This document shows, in pieces, positions 9,848 through 21,351 of a DNA stretch of 64,000 nt. Where the stretch lies: NCBI GenBank assembly GCA_021813145.1, contig JAKALS010000004.1, positions 72,594-136,593 of the forward strand. The letters run 5' to 3'. Under the pieces are notes generated by a model. The model was not told where the DNA came from. It made no database searches and worked only from the letters and a program-made list of their open reading frames with translations. The translations under genes and the position numbers were made by a program. Source of the DNA: a bacterium. Lineage in GTDB: Bacteria > Patescibacteriota > Microgenomatia > Levybacterales > UBA12049. Position 1 is the stretch's first letter, and each line of letters begins with the position of its first letter.

Positions 9848-10768
9848 ATGAAGGATTTTATGCGCCATTTATTTTTTCCTCATGTTTCAAATAATTACCG
9901 TCCGAAGCTTCTTCATCATAAAACTTTACTCATTGTTACCCTAATAATATTTTTTGCCGGATTCTCCCTTTCGGCTATAAGGAACACTTTCCCTTCAGTT
10001 CTGGGCACATTCAGTAATATCAGCAATCAACAGCTACTTCTTTTAACAAATGAAAAAAGACAGGAAAACGGTCTTCCGCCTCTTACTTTAAACTCGGAGC
10101 TTGACAGCGCTGCCTTGGCTAAGGCCAACAATATGTTCACAGAGGATTACTGGGCCCATGATTCTCCGGATGGAAAAACGCCTTGGTATTTTATAAAGCA
10201 GGCAGGATATAACTATGTTTATGCGGGAGAAAATCTCGCAAGAGGTTTTACTACCCCTTCCGACGTAGTAAACGCCTGGATGGCAAGCCCTGAGCACAGA
10301 CAGAACATGCTTTCTCCAAATTATACAAATGTGGGTTTCGCGGTAGAAACAGGGAAATTAACGGGAGAAGATACGGTTCTGGTTGTTGAGATGTTTGGAA
10401 GTACTACGCTCGCGGGTTCTACTCAAAATGAATTGGGTAGTCAAAACAATAATACGAAAGAGGTATCTTCCGCAAGCTCGCCCACTCCTCCTGTTGTTAC
10501 AGAAAACAGCGTTCCTAAAAGCGGTACGGTTCTTGATGCGAGCAAAACGCCTATTCCCAGCGTGAAACCCCTGATAGACAGCGCTTCTTTTTCTTCCGAT
10601 ATAGCTCTTTTTATAGTTTCGATTTTTATACTCACTCTTATTCTTGATATGATCGTAATAGAGAGAAAAAAAGTCGTTCGTATTGTCGGACACAACATAG
10701 ACCATATAATGTTTTTGTCTTTGCTTTTGATTCTTATCCTGTTTATGATTAGGGGAGTAATAATATGA
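9848..10768 (+). CDS. CAP (SCP/YkwD) domain membrane protein
   Basis: AGENLA, WMASPEHRQNML. Confidence 0.9.
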   Translation: MKDFMRHLFFPHVSNNYRPKLLHHKTLLIVTLIIFFAGFSLSAIRNTFPSVLGTFSNISNQQLLLLTNEKRQENGLPPLTLNSELDSAALAKANNMFTEDYWAHDSPDGKTPWYFIKQAGYNYVYAGENLARGFTTPSDVVNAWMASPEHRQNMLSPNYTNVGFAVETGKLTGEDTVLVVEMFGSTTLAGSTQNELGSQNNNTKEVSSASSPTPPVVTENSVPKSGTVLDASKTPIPSVKPLIDSASFSSDIALFIVSIFILTLILDMIVIERKKVVRIVGHNIDHIMFLSLLLILILFMIRGVII

Positions 10769-11040
10769 TTAAGAAAAAAATTAACGAACACTTACTGTAT
10801 TACATTTCGCTTTTTATCATTCTTTTTTTAGGTTTTATTTTAATTATTTCTTTATCAGTGAATAAATCTTTACAGCTTGCAGTATTTATAGTACTGGCCC
10901 TTTTCTATGTAATTTGGGGCCTATTACATCATTATATGAATCATGAATTAATGACTAAGGTTGTGGTAGAATATATCCTTATTGCATCACTTGGAGTAGC
11001 AATAATGCTATTTTTGCTAAAAGGAGGTTACGGAATATGA
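10765..11040 (+). CDS. small 3-TM hypothetical protein
   Basis: hydrophobic ORF overlapping the upstream stop; WGLLHH motif. Confidence 0.7.
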   Translation: MIKKKINEHLLYYISLFIILFLGFILIISLSVNKSLQLAVFIVLALFYVIWGLLHHYMNHELMTKVVVEYILIASLGVAIMLFLLKGGYGI

Positions 11041-11079
11041 CCGGTTCGATTTTGAACGGCCGTATTTGAAGATAGAAAT

Positions 11080-11805
11080 ATGAAAGGAGTAATTCTTGCA
11101 GGAGGACTTGGAACAAGACTTTATCCTCTCACACATGTTACCAATAAGCATCTTTTGCCTATTTACGACAAGCCAATGATTTTTTATCCGATAGAAACCC
11201 TTGTGAAAGCCGGAATAACCGAGGTTCTTTTGGTAACAAGCGGTCCACATGTCGGTCATTTTTTGGGTGTTTTAAAAAACGGAAAAGAATTAGGTCTAAA
11301 GCACCTCGAATATGCCTATCAGGAAAAACCGGACGGCGGTATAGCCGACGCGCTTTCTTTAGCCGAAAGTTTTGCAGACGGCCAGAGCCTTGCGGTTATC
11401 CTAGGCGATAATACTACAGACTCCGATATTTCCGAGGATGTCAAAAATTTTAAAGAGGGAGCTCTTATTTTTCTAAAGAAAGTAGAAGATCCCAAACGTT
11501 TCGGGGTCGCTGTTTTTGATGAGAAAGACAAAAGTAAGGTTATAGCCATAGAGGAAAAACCTCAAAATCCGAAAAGCGATATGGCCGTTACAGGACTTTA
11601 TTTATACGATTCAAAGGTTTTCGACATTATTCATAGTATCAGGCCTTCAGATAGAGGTGAGCTTGAAATAACAGACGTTAACAATACCTATATCAATGAA
11701 GGACAATTAAGATGGGCAGAGCTTAAAGGCTTTTGGAGCGATGCGGGTACTTTCGACAGTTTGGCTGCGGCCAATTATTATTGGGCAAAAAAGGGTGGTA
11801 AATAA
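11080..11805 (+). CDS. rmlA: glucose-1-phosphate thymidylyltransferase (short RmlA/SpsI type)
   Basis: GVILAGGLGTRLYPLT, NKHLLPIYDKPM, RGELEITD. Confidence 0.88.
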   Translation: MKGVILAGGLGTRLYPLTHVTNKHLLPIYDKPMIFYPIETLVKAGITEVLLVTSGPHVGHFLGVLKNGKELGLKHLEYAYQEKPDGGIADALSLAESFADGQSLAVILGDNTTDSDISEDVKNFKEGALIFLKKVEDPKRFGVAVFDEKDKSKVIAIEEKPQNPKSDMAVTGLYLYDSKVFDIIHSIRPSDRGELEITDVNNTYINEGQLRWAELKGFWSDAGTFDSLAAANYYWAKKGGK

Positions 11806-12818
11806 TGAAAATTTTGGTCACCGGCGGGGCGGGATTTATAGGTTCTAATTTTATCCTCTATTGGCTTAAGAATCATCCCCAAGATTTAGTCATAAACTTG
11901 GATAAGCTTACTTATGCAGGCAATCTCGAAAATCTCAAAGACATAAAAGATAATAAGAATTATTCTTTTATGCACGGGGATATATGTGATAGGGAAATTG
12001 TGGATAAGGCGATGGAGGGAGTAGGTCTTGTAGTCCATTTTGCTGCCGAAAGTCATGTCGACAGGTCGATAATGAACCCTTCCGAATTTGTAAAAACAAA
12101 CGTTTTAGGCACACAAGTCCTTTTAGACAGTGCTTTAAAGAATAAAATAAAGAGATTTCATCATATTTCAACGGATGAGGTTTTCGGAAGCCTTAAACTT
12201 AATGATTTGAGTATTTTTAATGAACGAACAAATTATAACCCCAGAAGCCCTTATGCAGCAAGTAAAGCTGGGTCAGATCATTTAGTAAAAGCCTATCATG
12301 TAACCTATGGTCTTCCTGTTACAATTTCCAATTGTTCAAATAATTTCGGACCATATCAATTTCCGGAAAAATTTATTCCTCTGGCTATTACAAACCTTTT
12401 GGAAGGTAAAAAAGTTCCCGTTTATGGCGACGGTCTTTATGTAAGAGATTGGTTATATGTAGAAGACCATTGCCGGGCAATAGACCTGATCTTGGAAAAA
12501 GGGACAGTCGGCGAAACATACTGTATAGGAGGGCTTACGCAAGACATCAATAATCTTGAAGTGGTAAAAAAGATTCTGAAAATATTAGGAGAAGGAGAAG
12601 AAAAGATAGAATACGTAAAAGACAGACCCGGACACGACAGAAGATATGCGTTGGATTGGTCAAAAATTAAAGATGAACTCGGGTGGGAACCTTTATACGG
12701 TTTTGACGAATGGCTTAAAAAAACCGTTGAATGGTACAAAAAAAACAGGCAGTGGTGGACAAATGTAAAAAACGGCGAATACAAAACATACTATAAAAAA
12801 CTGTATGGGAGGCCTTAA
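11805..12818 (+). CDS. rmlB: dTDP-glucose 4,6-dehydratase
   Basis: GGAGFIG, DKLTYAGN, HFAAESHVDRS, STDEV, YAASK, DRPGHDRRY. Confidence 0.95.
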   Translation: MKILVTGGAGFIGSNFILYWLKNHPQDLVINLDKLTYAGNLENLKDIKDNKNYSFMHGDICDREIVDKAMEGVGLVVHFAAESHVDRSIMNPSEFVKTNVLGTQVLLDSALKNKIKRFHHISTDEVFGSLKLNDLSIFNERTNYNPRSPYAASKAGSDHLVKAYHVTYGLPVTISNCSNNFGPYQFPEKFIPLAITNLLEGKKVPVYGDGLYVRDWLYVEDHCRAIDLILEKGTVGETYCIGGLTQDINNLEVVKKILKILGEGEEKIEYVKDRPGHDRRYALDWSKIKDELGWEPLYGFDEWLKKTVEWYKKNRQWWTNVKNGEYKTYYKKLYGRP

Positions 12819-12820
12819 TA

Positions 12821-13735
12821 ATGAAAGTGTTAATGACCGGTTCCTCGGGCCTTGTCGGAACGAGAATAAAAGATCTTTTAGACTACGAATTTGAGGATAT
12901 AAACAGAAGGCACGGAGTGGATATTGCAGATAAAAATTCTCTCTTTAAAAAAGTAGCTTCTTCAAATGCCCGAATTCTTCTTCATCTTGCGGCAAAAACG
13001 GACGTAGATACTTGTGAAAAAGATAGGGAAATTGATGAAAAATTCCTGCAACAAAATAATCCGGACAGAGATTTATGGCTAAAATCACAGACAGCATGGG
13101 GAATAAATGTTTTGGGAACAAAAAATGTTGTGGATGCATGCAGAAAATACAATAAAAAACTTATATATATATCAACGGACTTTGTTTTCGACGGAACAAA
13201 AGAAGATGGATACACGGAAGAAGATAAGGAAAATCCTCTAAACTGGTATGGGAAAACAAAATTCGAGGCTGAAAAAACGGTAAGGGAATCCGGAATAAAT
13301 TGGGCAATAGCAAGAATTGCATATCCTTACAGAGCGGAGTTTGTCGAAAAAAAAGATTTCGTCAGAACAATTCTTGAAAGACTACAAGCCGGAAAAGCTG
13401 TTTATATGATTACGGATCACATTATGACACCTACTTTTGTTGATGATTTTGTTTTAGCGGTTGATACACTTATAAAAAATAATTCGGAAGGCACTTTCCA
13501 TACGGTTGGAGAAAGTTTTATTTCTCCTTATGATGCGGCAAATCTAATTGCGGAAAGGTTTGATCTTAACAAAGGCCTAATTTTTAAAACAACAAGAGAT
13601 ATTTATTTTAAGGGAAAAGCCGAAAGGCCCTTTTTTCTAGGCCTTAAAAATGATAAAATCACAAAGTTAGGGCAAAAAATGAGAGCGTTTGAGGAAGGAT
13701 TGGATGTAATCCAGAAACAGCTCCGGGATAAATAA
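12821..13735 (+). CDS. rmlD: dTDP-4-dehydrorhamnose reductase family
   Basis: GSSGLVG, AAKTDVDTCE, ISTDFVFDG, YGKTK. Confidence 0.88.
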   Translation: MKVLMTGSSGLVGTRIKDLLDYEFEDINRRHGVDIADKNSLFKKVASSNARILLHLAAKTDVDTCEKDREIDEKFLQQNNPDRDLWLKSQTAWGINVLGTKNVVDACRKYNKKLIYISTDFVFDGTKEDGYTEEDKENPLNWYGKTKFEAEKTVRESGINWAIARIAYPYRAEFVEKKDFVRTILERLQAGKAVYMITDHIMTPTFVDDFVLAVDTLIKNNSEGTFHTVGESFISPYDAANLIAERFDLNKGLIFKTTRDIYFKGKAERPFFLGLKNDKITKLGQKMRAFEEGLDVIQKQLRDK

Positions 13736-13737
13736 AT

Positions 13738-15027
13738 ATGACTGTAACATTTATAGGACACGGCTATGTTGGACTTGTGACAGCTGCCGTATTTGCGGAT
13801 TTTGGCAATACGGTTTATGTGATAGGTCATACAAAAGAAAAAATCGAGAACCTCAAAAAAGGAATAATACCGATTTATGAGCCCGGACTTGAAGAATTGG
13901 TCAAAAAAAATGTAGACTCGGGAAGATTAATTTTTACCCTTGATTATAAACCCGCAATATCAGAATCAGATATCGTTTTTATTGCTGTAGGTACGCCTAC
14001 AACAAAGACAGGCGATGCCGATCTTTCTGCGGTTTTGGCGGTGGCAGAAGAAATAGGAAGAAATTTGGAAGGTTATACGGTTGTGGCTACAAAAAGTACC
14101 GTTCCGGCGGGAACAAACAAAAAAGTAAAAAGAATACTTGAAGAAACAAAGCCGGAGGGAACAGAAATTGACTATGCTTCGGTTCCGGAATTTTTAAGGG
14201 AGGGAAGTGCAATTTCAGATACAACAAACCCGGACAGGGTAGTGATAGGCGCAGAAAGTCAGAGAGCAAGGGATTTACTGGTAAAACTCCATGAACCGAT
14301 TAAAGCTCCGGTAATACTTACAAATTTCGAAACGGCAGAGCTTATAAAATATGCAGCAAATGCTTTTTTGGCTCTTAAAATCTCCTATGCAAACTCTATT
14401 GCCAAGCTTTCCGAGGCTTTGGGGGCAGATGCACTAAAGGTTTTAGAGGGAATAGGAATGGATAGAAGAATCGGAAACATGTTTCTTTCTCCGGGTCCCG
14501 GATACGGAGGGAGCTGTTTTCCGAAAGACGTTAAAGCTCTTATTTCTATAGCTAAAGATAATGATTATCCTTTTTCTCTTTTGGAAGAAGTTGAAAATAT
14601 TAATGGCCAATCACGAAGAGATATTGTAAGAAAAGCAAGAAAAACTTTAAGCGATTTAAGAGGTAAGAAAATAGGAATACTGGGCCTTGCCTTTAAAGCT
14701 AATACCGATGACATGAGGGATGCTCCGGCTATAGACATCATCAATTTATTGCAGAACGACGGGGCAAAAATTTCTGCTTTCGATCCTAAGGCAATGGAGA
14801 TTGCTGCGGGTGTTTTAAAGAATGTAGATTATAAAAAAGATGCCTACCAAGCATGCGATGGCGCAGATTTAGTCATTGTTCTTACCGAATGGAATGAATT
14901 CAGAGAGTTGGACTTCGAAAAGATAAAATCTGAAATGAAAACGCCGAACATTATTGACGGAAGAAATCTTTATGACCCGGAAGAAATGAAAGCAAGAGGA
15001 TTTACATATATAGGTGTAGGAAGATAA
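13738..15027 (+). CDS. ugd: UDP-glucose 6-dehydrogenase
   Basis: GHGYVG, AVGTP, KSTVP, PEFLREG, GYGGSCFPKD. Confidence 0.93.
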   Translation: MTVTFIGHGYVGLVTAAVFADFGNTVYVIGHTKEKIENLKKGIIPIYEPGLEELVKKNVDSGRLIFTLDYKPAISESDIVFIAVGTPTTKTGDADLSAVLAVAEEIGRNLEGYTVVATKSTVPAGTNKKVKRILEETKPEGTEIDYASVPEFLREGSAISDTTNPDRVVIGAESQRARDLLVKLHEPIKAPVILTNFETAELIKYAANAFLALKISYANSIAKLSEALGADALKVLEGIGMDRRIGNMFLSPGPGYGGSCFPKDVKALISIAKDNDYPFSLLEEVENINGQSRRDIVRKARKTLSDLRGKKIGILGLAFKANTDDMRDAPAIDIINLLQNDGAKISAFDPKAMEIAAGVLKNVDYKKDAYQACDGADLVIVLTEWNEFRELDFEKIKSEMKTPNIIDGRNLYDPEEMKARGFTYIGVGR

Positions 15028-15031
15028 TTTT

Positions 15032-15994
15032 ATGTCCAAAAAAATTCTTATCACCGGAATCTCCGGCTTCGTAGGAAGCCACCTTGCCGAACTTCTCCTT
15101 TCAAAAAACTTTGCCCAAATTTATGGAACTTATCTATCGGACTCCGGTTTTACCAATCTTGAAGGCTTTAAAGAAAAAGTAGAACTGATACATGTCGATC
15201 TTTCTGACGAGGAAAAAGTTGATGCTCTCATAAAAGATATAAAACCTGATATTATTTATCATCTTGCTGCTGCGGCTTCGGTTGCTCAAAGTTTTTCTTC
15301 TCCGGCAAAACCCGTTTTAAACAATATTTCTTCGCAGATAAATATTCTAGAAGCCTTAAAAAAGTACGAGCTTTTTGATACTAAAATTCTTGTCGTATCA
15401 TCCGCCGAGGTTTACGGAGACGTCTCATCGGAATTTTTACCTATCGATGAAAGTACCCCGTTTAAGCCTACAAATCCTTACGCGGTTTCAAAACTTACAC
15501 AGGATTTTTTGGGACTCCAGTATTTTCTTTCTTACGGAATAAAAGCCGTAAGAGTAAGACCATTTAACCATATAGGTCCAAGACAAAGCCCGAATTTTGT
15601 AGTAGCGGCATTTGCAAAAAAAATTGTAGAAATAGAAAAAGGTAAAAGGGAAAATATTCTGACGGTAGGAAATCTCGATGCTAAAAGGGATTTTACCGAC
15701 GTGAGAGACATGGTAAAAGCTTATGCCCTGGCGATGGAAAAAGGCAAAGACGGAGATGTCTATAATCTCGGTTCGGGAGTGTCGTATAAAATAAAAGATG
15801 TCCTTGATAAAATGCTTTCTTTGTCTAGTGTCGATATTAAGGTAGAAACGGACAGATCATTATTGCGTCCCATCGATAACCCCGATCTTGTCTGTAACCC
15901 TAATAAATTTAAAAAGCTTACAGGGTGGAAAACGGAAATATCTCTTGAAAAAACAGTCAAAGACACTCTGGACTATTGGAGAGAGATAATCTAA
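15032..15994 (+). CDS. GDP-4-keto-6-deoxy-D-mannose reductase-like SDR (Rmd-like)
   Basis: GISGFVG, SSAEVYG, YAVSK, RPFNHIGPRQ; adjacent to gmd. Confidence 0.75.
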   Translation: MSKKILITGISGFVGSHLAELLLSKNFAQIYGTYLSDSGFTNLEGFKEKVELIHVDLSDEEKVDALIKDIKPDIIYHLAAAASVAQSFSSPAKPVLNNISSQINILEALKKYELFDTKILVVSSAEVYGDVSSEFLPIDESTPFKPTNPYAVSKLTQDFLGLQYFLSYGIKAVRVRPFNHIGPRQSPNFVVAAFAKKIVEIEKGKRENILTVGNLDAKRDFTDVRDMVKAYALAMEKGKDGDVYNLGSGVSYKIKDVLDKMLSLSSVDIKVETDRSLLRPIDNPDLVCNPNKFKKLTGWKTEISLEKTVKDTLDYWREII

Positions 15995-15999
15995 AATAA

Positions 16000-16980
<981 letters not shown>

Positions 16981-16981
16981 T

Positions 16982-17932
16982 ATGCAGACAGTTCTGGTTG
17001 CAGGAGGTGGAGGATTCATCGGTTCCCATCTTTGCAAAAGTTTACTCTCCGATAACTTCAAAGTAATTTGCGTAGATAATTTTGTTACAAGTAATAAAAG
17101 AAATGTTGAGGAACTGTTGCCGGATAAAAATTTCAGGCTTATAGAGCAGGATATAACAAAATCTTTTGAACCGGGGGAAAAAATAGACTTTATTTTTCAT
17201 CTTGCTTCTCCGGCTTCCCCCAATGCCAAAAGTCCGAGAAGCTATATTAACTTTCCTGTAGAAACACTTCTTGCCAATTCCCAGGGCACACATATGCTCT
17301 TGGATTTGGCGAGAGAAAACAAGAGTAAATTTTTATATGTTTCGTCTTCCGAGATTTACGGTGATCCCGAAGTTTCGCCCCAGAAAGAGGATTATTTCGG
17401 GAATGTCAATCCGAATGGACCAAGATCCGTATATGACGAATCAAAAAGGTTTGGGGAAGCCATAACAATGGCGTATTTCAGAAAATTCGGACTGAATATA
17501 AGAATAATCAGGATTTTCAATACGTACGGGCCAAAAATGCAAAAAGACGACGGAAGGGTTGTTTCAAATTTTATAAATCAAGCCCTTTGGGAAAAAGATT
17601 TTACTATTTACGGCGACGGAAGCCAGACAAGAAGCTTTTGTTATGTAGATGATATGGTTTCGGGACTTAAGCTTGCAATGTTTAAAGACGGAACGCAGGG
17701 AAAAGTATACAATCTTGGAAATCCCGATGAACGATCTGTAAAAGAACTTGCAGATATAATAAAAAAACTTACGGGGTCTGAATCTAAAATAATTTTTGAG
17801 GAACTTCCATTTGACGATCCTAAAACCAGAAGGCCCGATATCGAAAGAGCAAAAGAAGAACTCGGATGGGAACCTATGGTCCGTCTTGAAGAAGGCCTTC
17901 AAAGGACAATAGAATATTTTAGAAGTTTGTGA
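16982..17932 (+). CDS. UDP-glucuronate decarboxylase (UDP-xylose synthase)
   Basis: HLASPASP, SSEIYGDP, YDESKR, RIFNTYGP, DDPKTRRPDI. Confidence 0.88.
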   Translation: MQTVLVAGGGGFIGSHLCKSLLSDNFKVICVDNFVTSNKRNVEELLPDKNFRLIEQDITKSFEPGEKIDFIFHLASPASPNAKSPRSYINFPVETLLANSQGTHMLLDLARENKSKFLYVSSSEIYGDPEVSPQKEDYFGNVNPNGPRSVYDESKRFGEAITMAYFRKFGLNIRIIRIFNTYGPKMQKDDGRVVSNFINQALWEKDFTIYGDGSQTRSFCYVDDMVSGLKLAMFKDGTQGKVYNLGNPDERSVKELADIIKKLTGSESKIIFEELPFDDPKTRRPDIERAKEELGWEPMVRLEEGLQRTIEYFRSL

Positions 17933-17948
17933 TTTAATATAAGTAGCA

Positions 17949-19082
17949 ATGAAAGTAGTAATAATAATTCCTACATATAACGAGAAGGGCAACATAGAGA
18001 GATTAATTAAAATTTTAGAAGAAGAAATTTTTCCTCAAATAAAAAACCACGATATGAACATTCTTATTGCAGATGACAGTTCCCCGGACGGAACGGAGCA
18101 GGTGGTCAGAGAACTCATGAAAAAATGGGAGAATATTGACATAAATATAGGGGAAAAACATGGTCTGGGAGCGGCTTATGTAAGAGCTATGACTTATGCG
18201 ATAGATAAGATGGATGCAGATGTTATGTTTGAAATGGATGCCGACCTTTCCCACGATCCTCAAAAAATCCCGGCTTTCTTGGAAAAAATTGATCAGGGGT
18301 ATGATTTTGTAATAGGCACACGTTACAGTCAGGGTGGCTCTATCCCGGCAAATTGGGGTATAAGCAGAAAAATGTTTTCCGTATTCGGCAATCTTCTTGT
18401 TAGAACAATATTGTTGAAGTTTTCTATACATGATTGGACAGGCGGATACAGGGCGATTAAAAAAGAAGTGTTTTTAAAAGAAAAAAGTGAGCTCACCGCG
18501 TTTAGAGGATACACTTTTCAAGTATCTTTTCTTAATAAGGCCGTGAGGGACGGATTTAAGGTGGCCGAAGTGCCTATTGCGTTTACAGACAGGACTTTGG
18601 GTAAATCAAAAATTGCCGCAAAAGAATACATAATTGATCTATTGAAATACGTAATTACAGCAAGTATAAAAGAAAAACTTTTCGGTCCTTTCGGTAAATT
18701 CCTGGTTGTAGGAGGAATAGGGTTTATAATCCAGACCGTTCTTTATTATCTTTTAGTGCATAATACCAACCTTTTATTGGGAATCGCTAATTTTATAGCT
18801 GCCCAGTTTGCCATTTTTTCCAATTATAATTTAAATAATTTATGGACTTTTGGCGAGAGGAAGTCAAAGGGGATTAAAGAATATTTTGCAAAAATGATAG
18901 GTTTTTTTGCCACATCGGAATTAGGAGTTTTTATAATACAGTCGGGAATAATTCAATTATGCCAGATTTTATTCGGAAGAAAATATGCTTTCGAGTATTA
19001 TATATTTGCAACTATAATACTTCTGTTTTATAATTTTGGAGCGTATAATTTAATCATTTGGCGAAAAAAACCTCATAAATGA
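17949..19082 (+). CDS. polyprenol-phosphate glycosyltransferase (GT2, DPM1-like) fused to a GtrA domain
   Basis: PTYNE, DDSSPDGT, MDADLSH; C-terminal KFLVVG...NYNLNNLWTF. Confidence 0.88.
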   Translation: MKVVIIIPTYNEKGNIERLIKILEEEIFPQIKNHDMNILIADDSSPDGTEQVVRELMKKWENIDINIGEKHGLGAAYVRAMTYAIDKMDADVMFEMDADLSHDPQKIPAFLEKIDQGYDFVIGTRYSQGGSIPANWGISRKMFSVFGNLLVRTILLKFSIHDWTGGYRAIKKEVFLKEKSELTAFRGYTFQVSFLNKAVRDGFKVAEVPIAFTDRTLGKSKIAAKEYIIDLLKYVITASIKEKLFGPFGKFLVVGGIGFIIQTVLYYLLVHNTNLLLGIANFIAAQFAIFSNYNLNNLWTFGERKSKGIKEYFAKMIGFFATSELGVFIIQSGIIQLCQILFGRKYAFEYYIFATIILLFYNFGAYNLIIWRKKPHK

Positions 19083-20662
19083 AGTTCATAAATTGGTTTA
19101 AGAAAAATCCCGAAAAGTTGCTGCTTGTTGTCATTTTGTTGACTGCGGCTTTTTTAAGGCTCTACAGAATTCAGGATTACATGACCTTTTTGGGAGACGA
19201 GGGAAGGGATGTCCTTGTAGTTTACGGAATTTTGCACGGGCACCTTACTCTCTTGGGTCCCACCGCATCCGTCGGGGGTTTTTTCCTTGGACCCATTTAT
19301 TACTATTTTATGGCTCCATTCCTCTGGTTATTTAATTATAATCCTGTGGGTCCCGCCGTAATGGTAGCTTTATTCGGAATCGCGACAGTTTGGCTCGTTT
19401 ACAAATTCTCTGAAGAATTTTTCGGTAAAGAGGTTGGAATAATAAGCTCTTTATTATATGCAATATCTCCCCTGGTAATCGAATATTCTCGGTCTTCGTG
19501 GAATCCCAATCCTCTCCCTTTTTTCTCGCTGCTTGGTCTTTATGTCCTTTACAGAGGTGTGGTAAGTGGTAAGCTGAGAAATTTCTTTATTGCAGGTATT
19601 CTTCTTGGTATTTCTATGCAGCTTCATTATCTGGCCACTTTTCTGGCTCTAATAATGATTTTATATGTTTTGTTCTCCGAAATCTTTAGGATAAAAAATG
19701 ATTGGATAAATTTAATTAAATCTTTGCTTATAAAATATCTTTATTCGTTTGCAGGTTTTCTTATCGGTTGGTCGCTTTTTCTTGCTTTTGAAATAAGGCA
19801 CGGTTTTCCGGACTTTAAAAGCATTATCAACTTTATTTTTCACTCGGGAAATACGGGGCCAAGTACAGGATTTTTACCTATTGTATCGAATGTTTTTTTC
19901 AGATTATTCGGAAGGCTGATAGCTTATTTTCCTTCTCCCGATCAATATTTTCATTACAATCCTTTTGCCCTGAATTTATGGATCTTATTTACTTTGATGC
20001 TTGCTTTATTCAGCACTTTTCTTTTAGTGGTTAAACTGTTCAAGAGCTTCAGGGAGAAGAGCGAAAACTTCAATAAATACCTTCTTCTTTTTATGTGGAT
20101 TTTTGCAGGAGTGGTTCTTTTCGGATTTTATAAAAAAGATATTTATGATTATTATTTCGCCTTTATGTTTCCCCTGCCGTTTATTCTGACAGGTTTGTTT
20201 ATTTGGAATATTTTCAGTTTTAATAAATTCAAAATTCTTGCAAAAGGTCTCGCCGTGGGTCTATTTTTAGTTTTGTTTTTGTTGAACATTTCGGGGATTC
20301 CATTCAGATATCAACCTAATAGACAATTAAATCAGATGGAAACGATATCAAGATTTGTAATGGACAAGACAGGAGGAAAGCCTTTTAATTTTGCCCTGAT
20401 AACGGGTAGCAACTCCGATTTTGCTTACCGTTATTTCTTTACGCTTTGGGGAAATCCTCCTGTTACTATACAAAATTCAGTAATTGATCCTAAAAGAACA
20501 ACGGTAACTAGCCAACTTATGGTTGTTTGCGAAAGCCTTCCCTGTCAGCCTTTGGGAAATTCATTGTGGGAAATCGCAGGTTTTGGCAGGGCAAATATAG
20601 CAGGTCATTGGAATGTTTCGGTTGTAGAGGTGTATAGGTTGGTGCATTATAAGGGTAAGTAG
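19079..20662 (+). CDS. ArnT/PMT-family (GT-C) membrane glycosyltransferase
   Basis: FLRLY...FLGDEGRD, GPIYYY, SRSSWNPN; multi-TM. Confidence 0.85.
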   Translation: MKFINWFKKNPEKLLLVVILLTAAFLRLYRIQDYMTFLGDEGRDVLVVYGILHGHLTLLGPTASVGGFFLGPIYYYFMAPFLWLFNYNPVGPAVMVALFGIATVWLVYKFSEEFFGKEVGIISSLLYAISPLVIEYSRSSWNPNPLPFFSLLGLYVLYRGVVSGKLRNFFIAGILLGISMQLHYLATFLALIMILYVLFSEIFRIKNDWINLIKSLLIKYLYSFAGFLIGWSLFLAFEIRHGFPDFKSIINFIFHSGNTGPSTGFLPIVSNVFFRLFGRLIAYFPSPDQYFHYNPFALNLWILFTLMLALFSTFLLVVKLFKSFREKSENFNKYLLLFMWIFAGVVLFGFYKKDIYDYYFAFMFPLPFILTGLFIWNIFSFNKFKILAKGLAVGLFLVLFLLNISGIPFRYQPNRQLNQMETISRFVMDKTGGKPFNFALITGSNSDFAYRYFFTLWGNPPVTIQNSVIDPKRTTVTSQLMVVCESLPCQPLGNSLWEIAGFGRANIAGHWNVSVVEVYRLVHYKGK

Positions 20663-20664
20663 CC

Positions 20665-20814
20665 GTGGAAAAACCTTCAAGCGAAAAGGAAAAATTCAGA
20701 AAAGGCTTAAGACTTCAGCCTTGCCGTAATTGCGGATTTTTAATGGGAGATATGCCGGGTTCAAGAGACGCTTACTGTAAAAACTGCGGATATAAAGACC
20801 CCTGCTGCGAATAA
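20665..20814 (+). CDS. 49-aa zinc-finger microprotein
   Basis: GTG start 2 nt after the upstream stop; MEKPSSEKEKFRKGLRLQPCRNCGFLMGDMPGSRDAYCKNCGYKDPCCE with two CxxCG motifs. Confidence 0.7.
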   Translation: MEKPSSEKEKFRKGLRLQPCRNCGFLMGDMPGSRDAYCKNCGYKDPCCE

Positions 20815-20815
20815 A

Positions 20816-20859
20816 AAAAACCCCGGATTATTAGTAGAACTAGATAACGCGGGGTTTTT
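20816..20859. terminator. bidirectional intrinsic terminator
   Basis: AAAAACCCCG...CGGGGTTTTT between convergent small ORFs. Confidence 0.7.
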
Positions 20860-20872
20860 CTATTCAAAGAAA

Positions 20873-21016
20873 TTAAGCAGCTCCGATTTTGTACATTCCT
20901 GTACCGCAAACTGGGCATTTGCCCTTGAGAGCCGGTTTACCATTTTTCATGGTAACTTTCTGTGCGTTCGGATCTTCTCTCTTTGCTCTGCATTTAACAC
21001 AATACATTGATGCCAT
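20873..21016 (-). CDS. 47-aa zinc-ribbon protein (DUF5679-like)
   Basis: MASMYCVKCRAKREDPNAQKVTMKNGKPALKGKCPVCGTGMYKIGAA; GGGGGTGA SD. Confidence 0.82.
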   Translation of the reverse strand: MASMYCVKCRAKREDPNAQKVTMKNGKPALKGKCPVCGTGMYKIGAA

Positions 21017-21037
21017 ATAATTTTTCACCCCCCTTCA

Positions 21038-21340
21038 TCAATAAATTAGGCCGTCTATAGAAAATATATGAGCTTTCAAAATAAATAAAAGCAAAAACTG
21101 TAAAACGATAATCACCGCGCTAAGAATTGCAGTTTTTCTTAAGTCTTTTACAAGATATGGATAAGTGTTTGTAAAAATCTCCTGTCTTTTTATTGGTGCT
21201 TTAAAAGTGGTTTGTATAACCGGAGTTTCTTTTTTTTCTTCGTTACTTACCGAAAAAGTCACATGGTTCGTCGAGGCATTTAATTGTCGTCTAAGATCGG
21301 CTATTATTTTCTGTTGACGAGTTTTTTTCTTTTTAGCCAT
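21038..21340 (-). CDS. hypothetical protein, basic N-terminus and C-terminal TM
   Basis: ORF with its own sigma70-type promoter. Confidence 0.7.
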   Translation of the reverse strand: MAKKKKTRQQKIIADLRRQLNASTNHVTFSVSNEEKKETPVIQTTFKAPIKRQEIFTNTYPYLVKDLRKTAILSAVIIVLQFLLLFILKAHIFSIDGLIY

Positions 21341-21351
21341 GCTAGAAGCCT

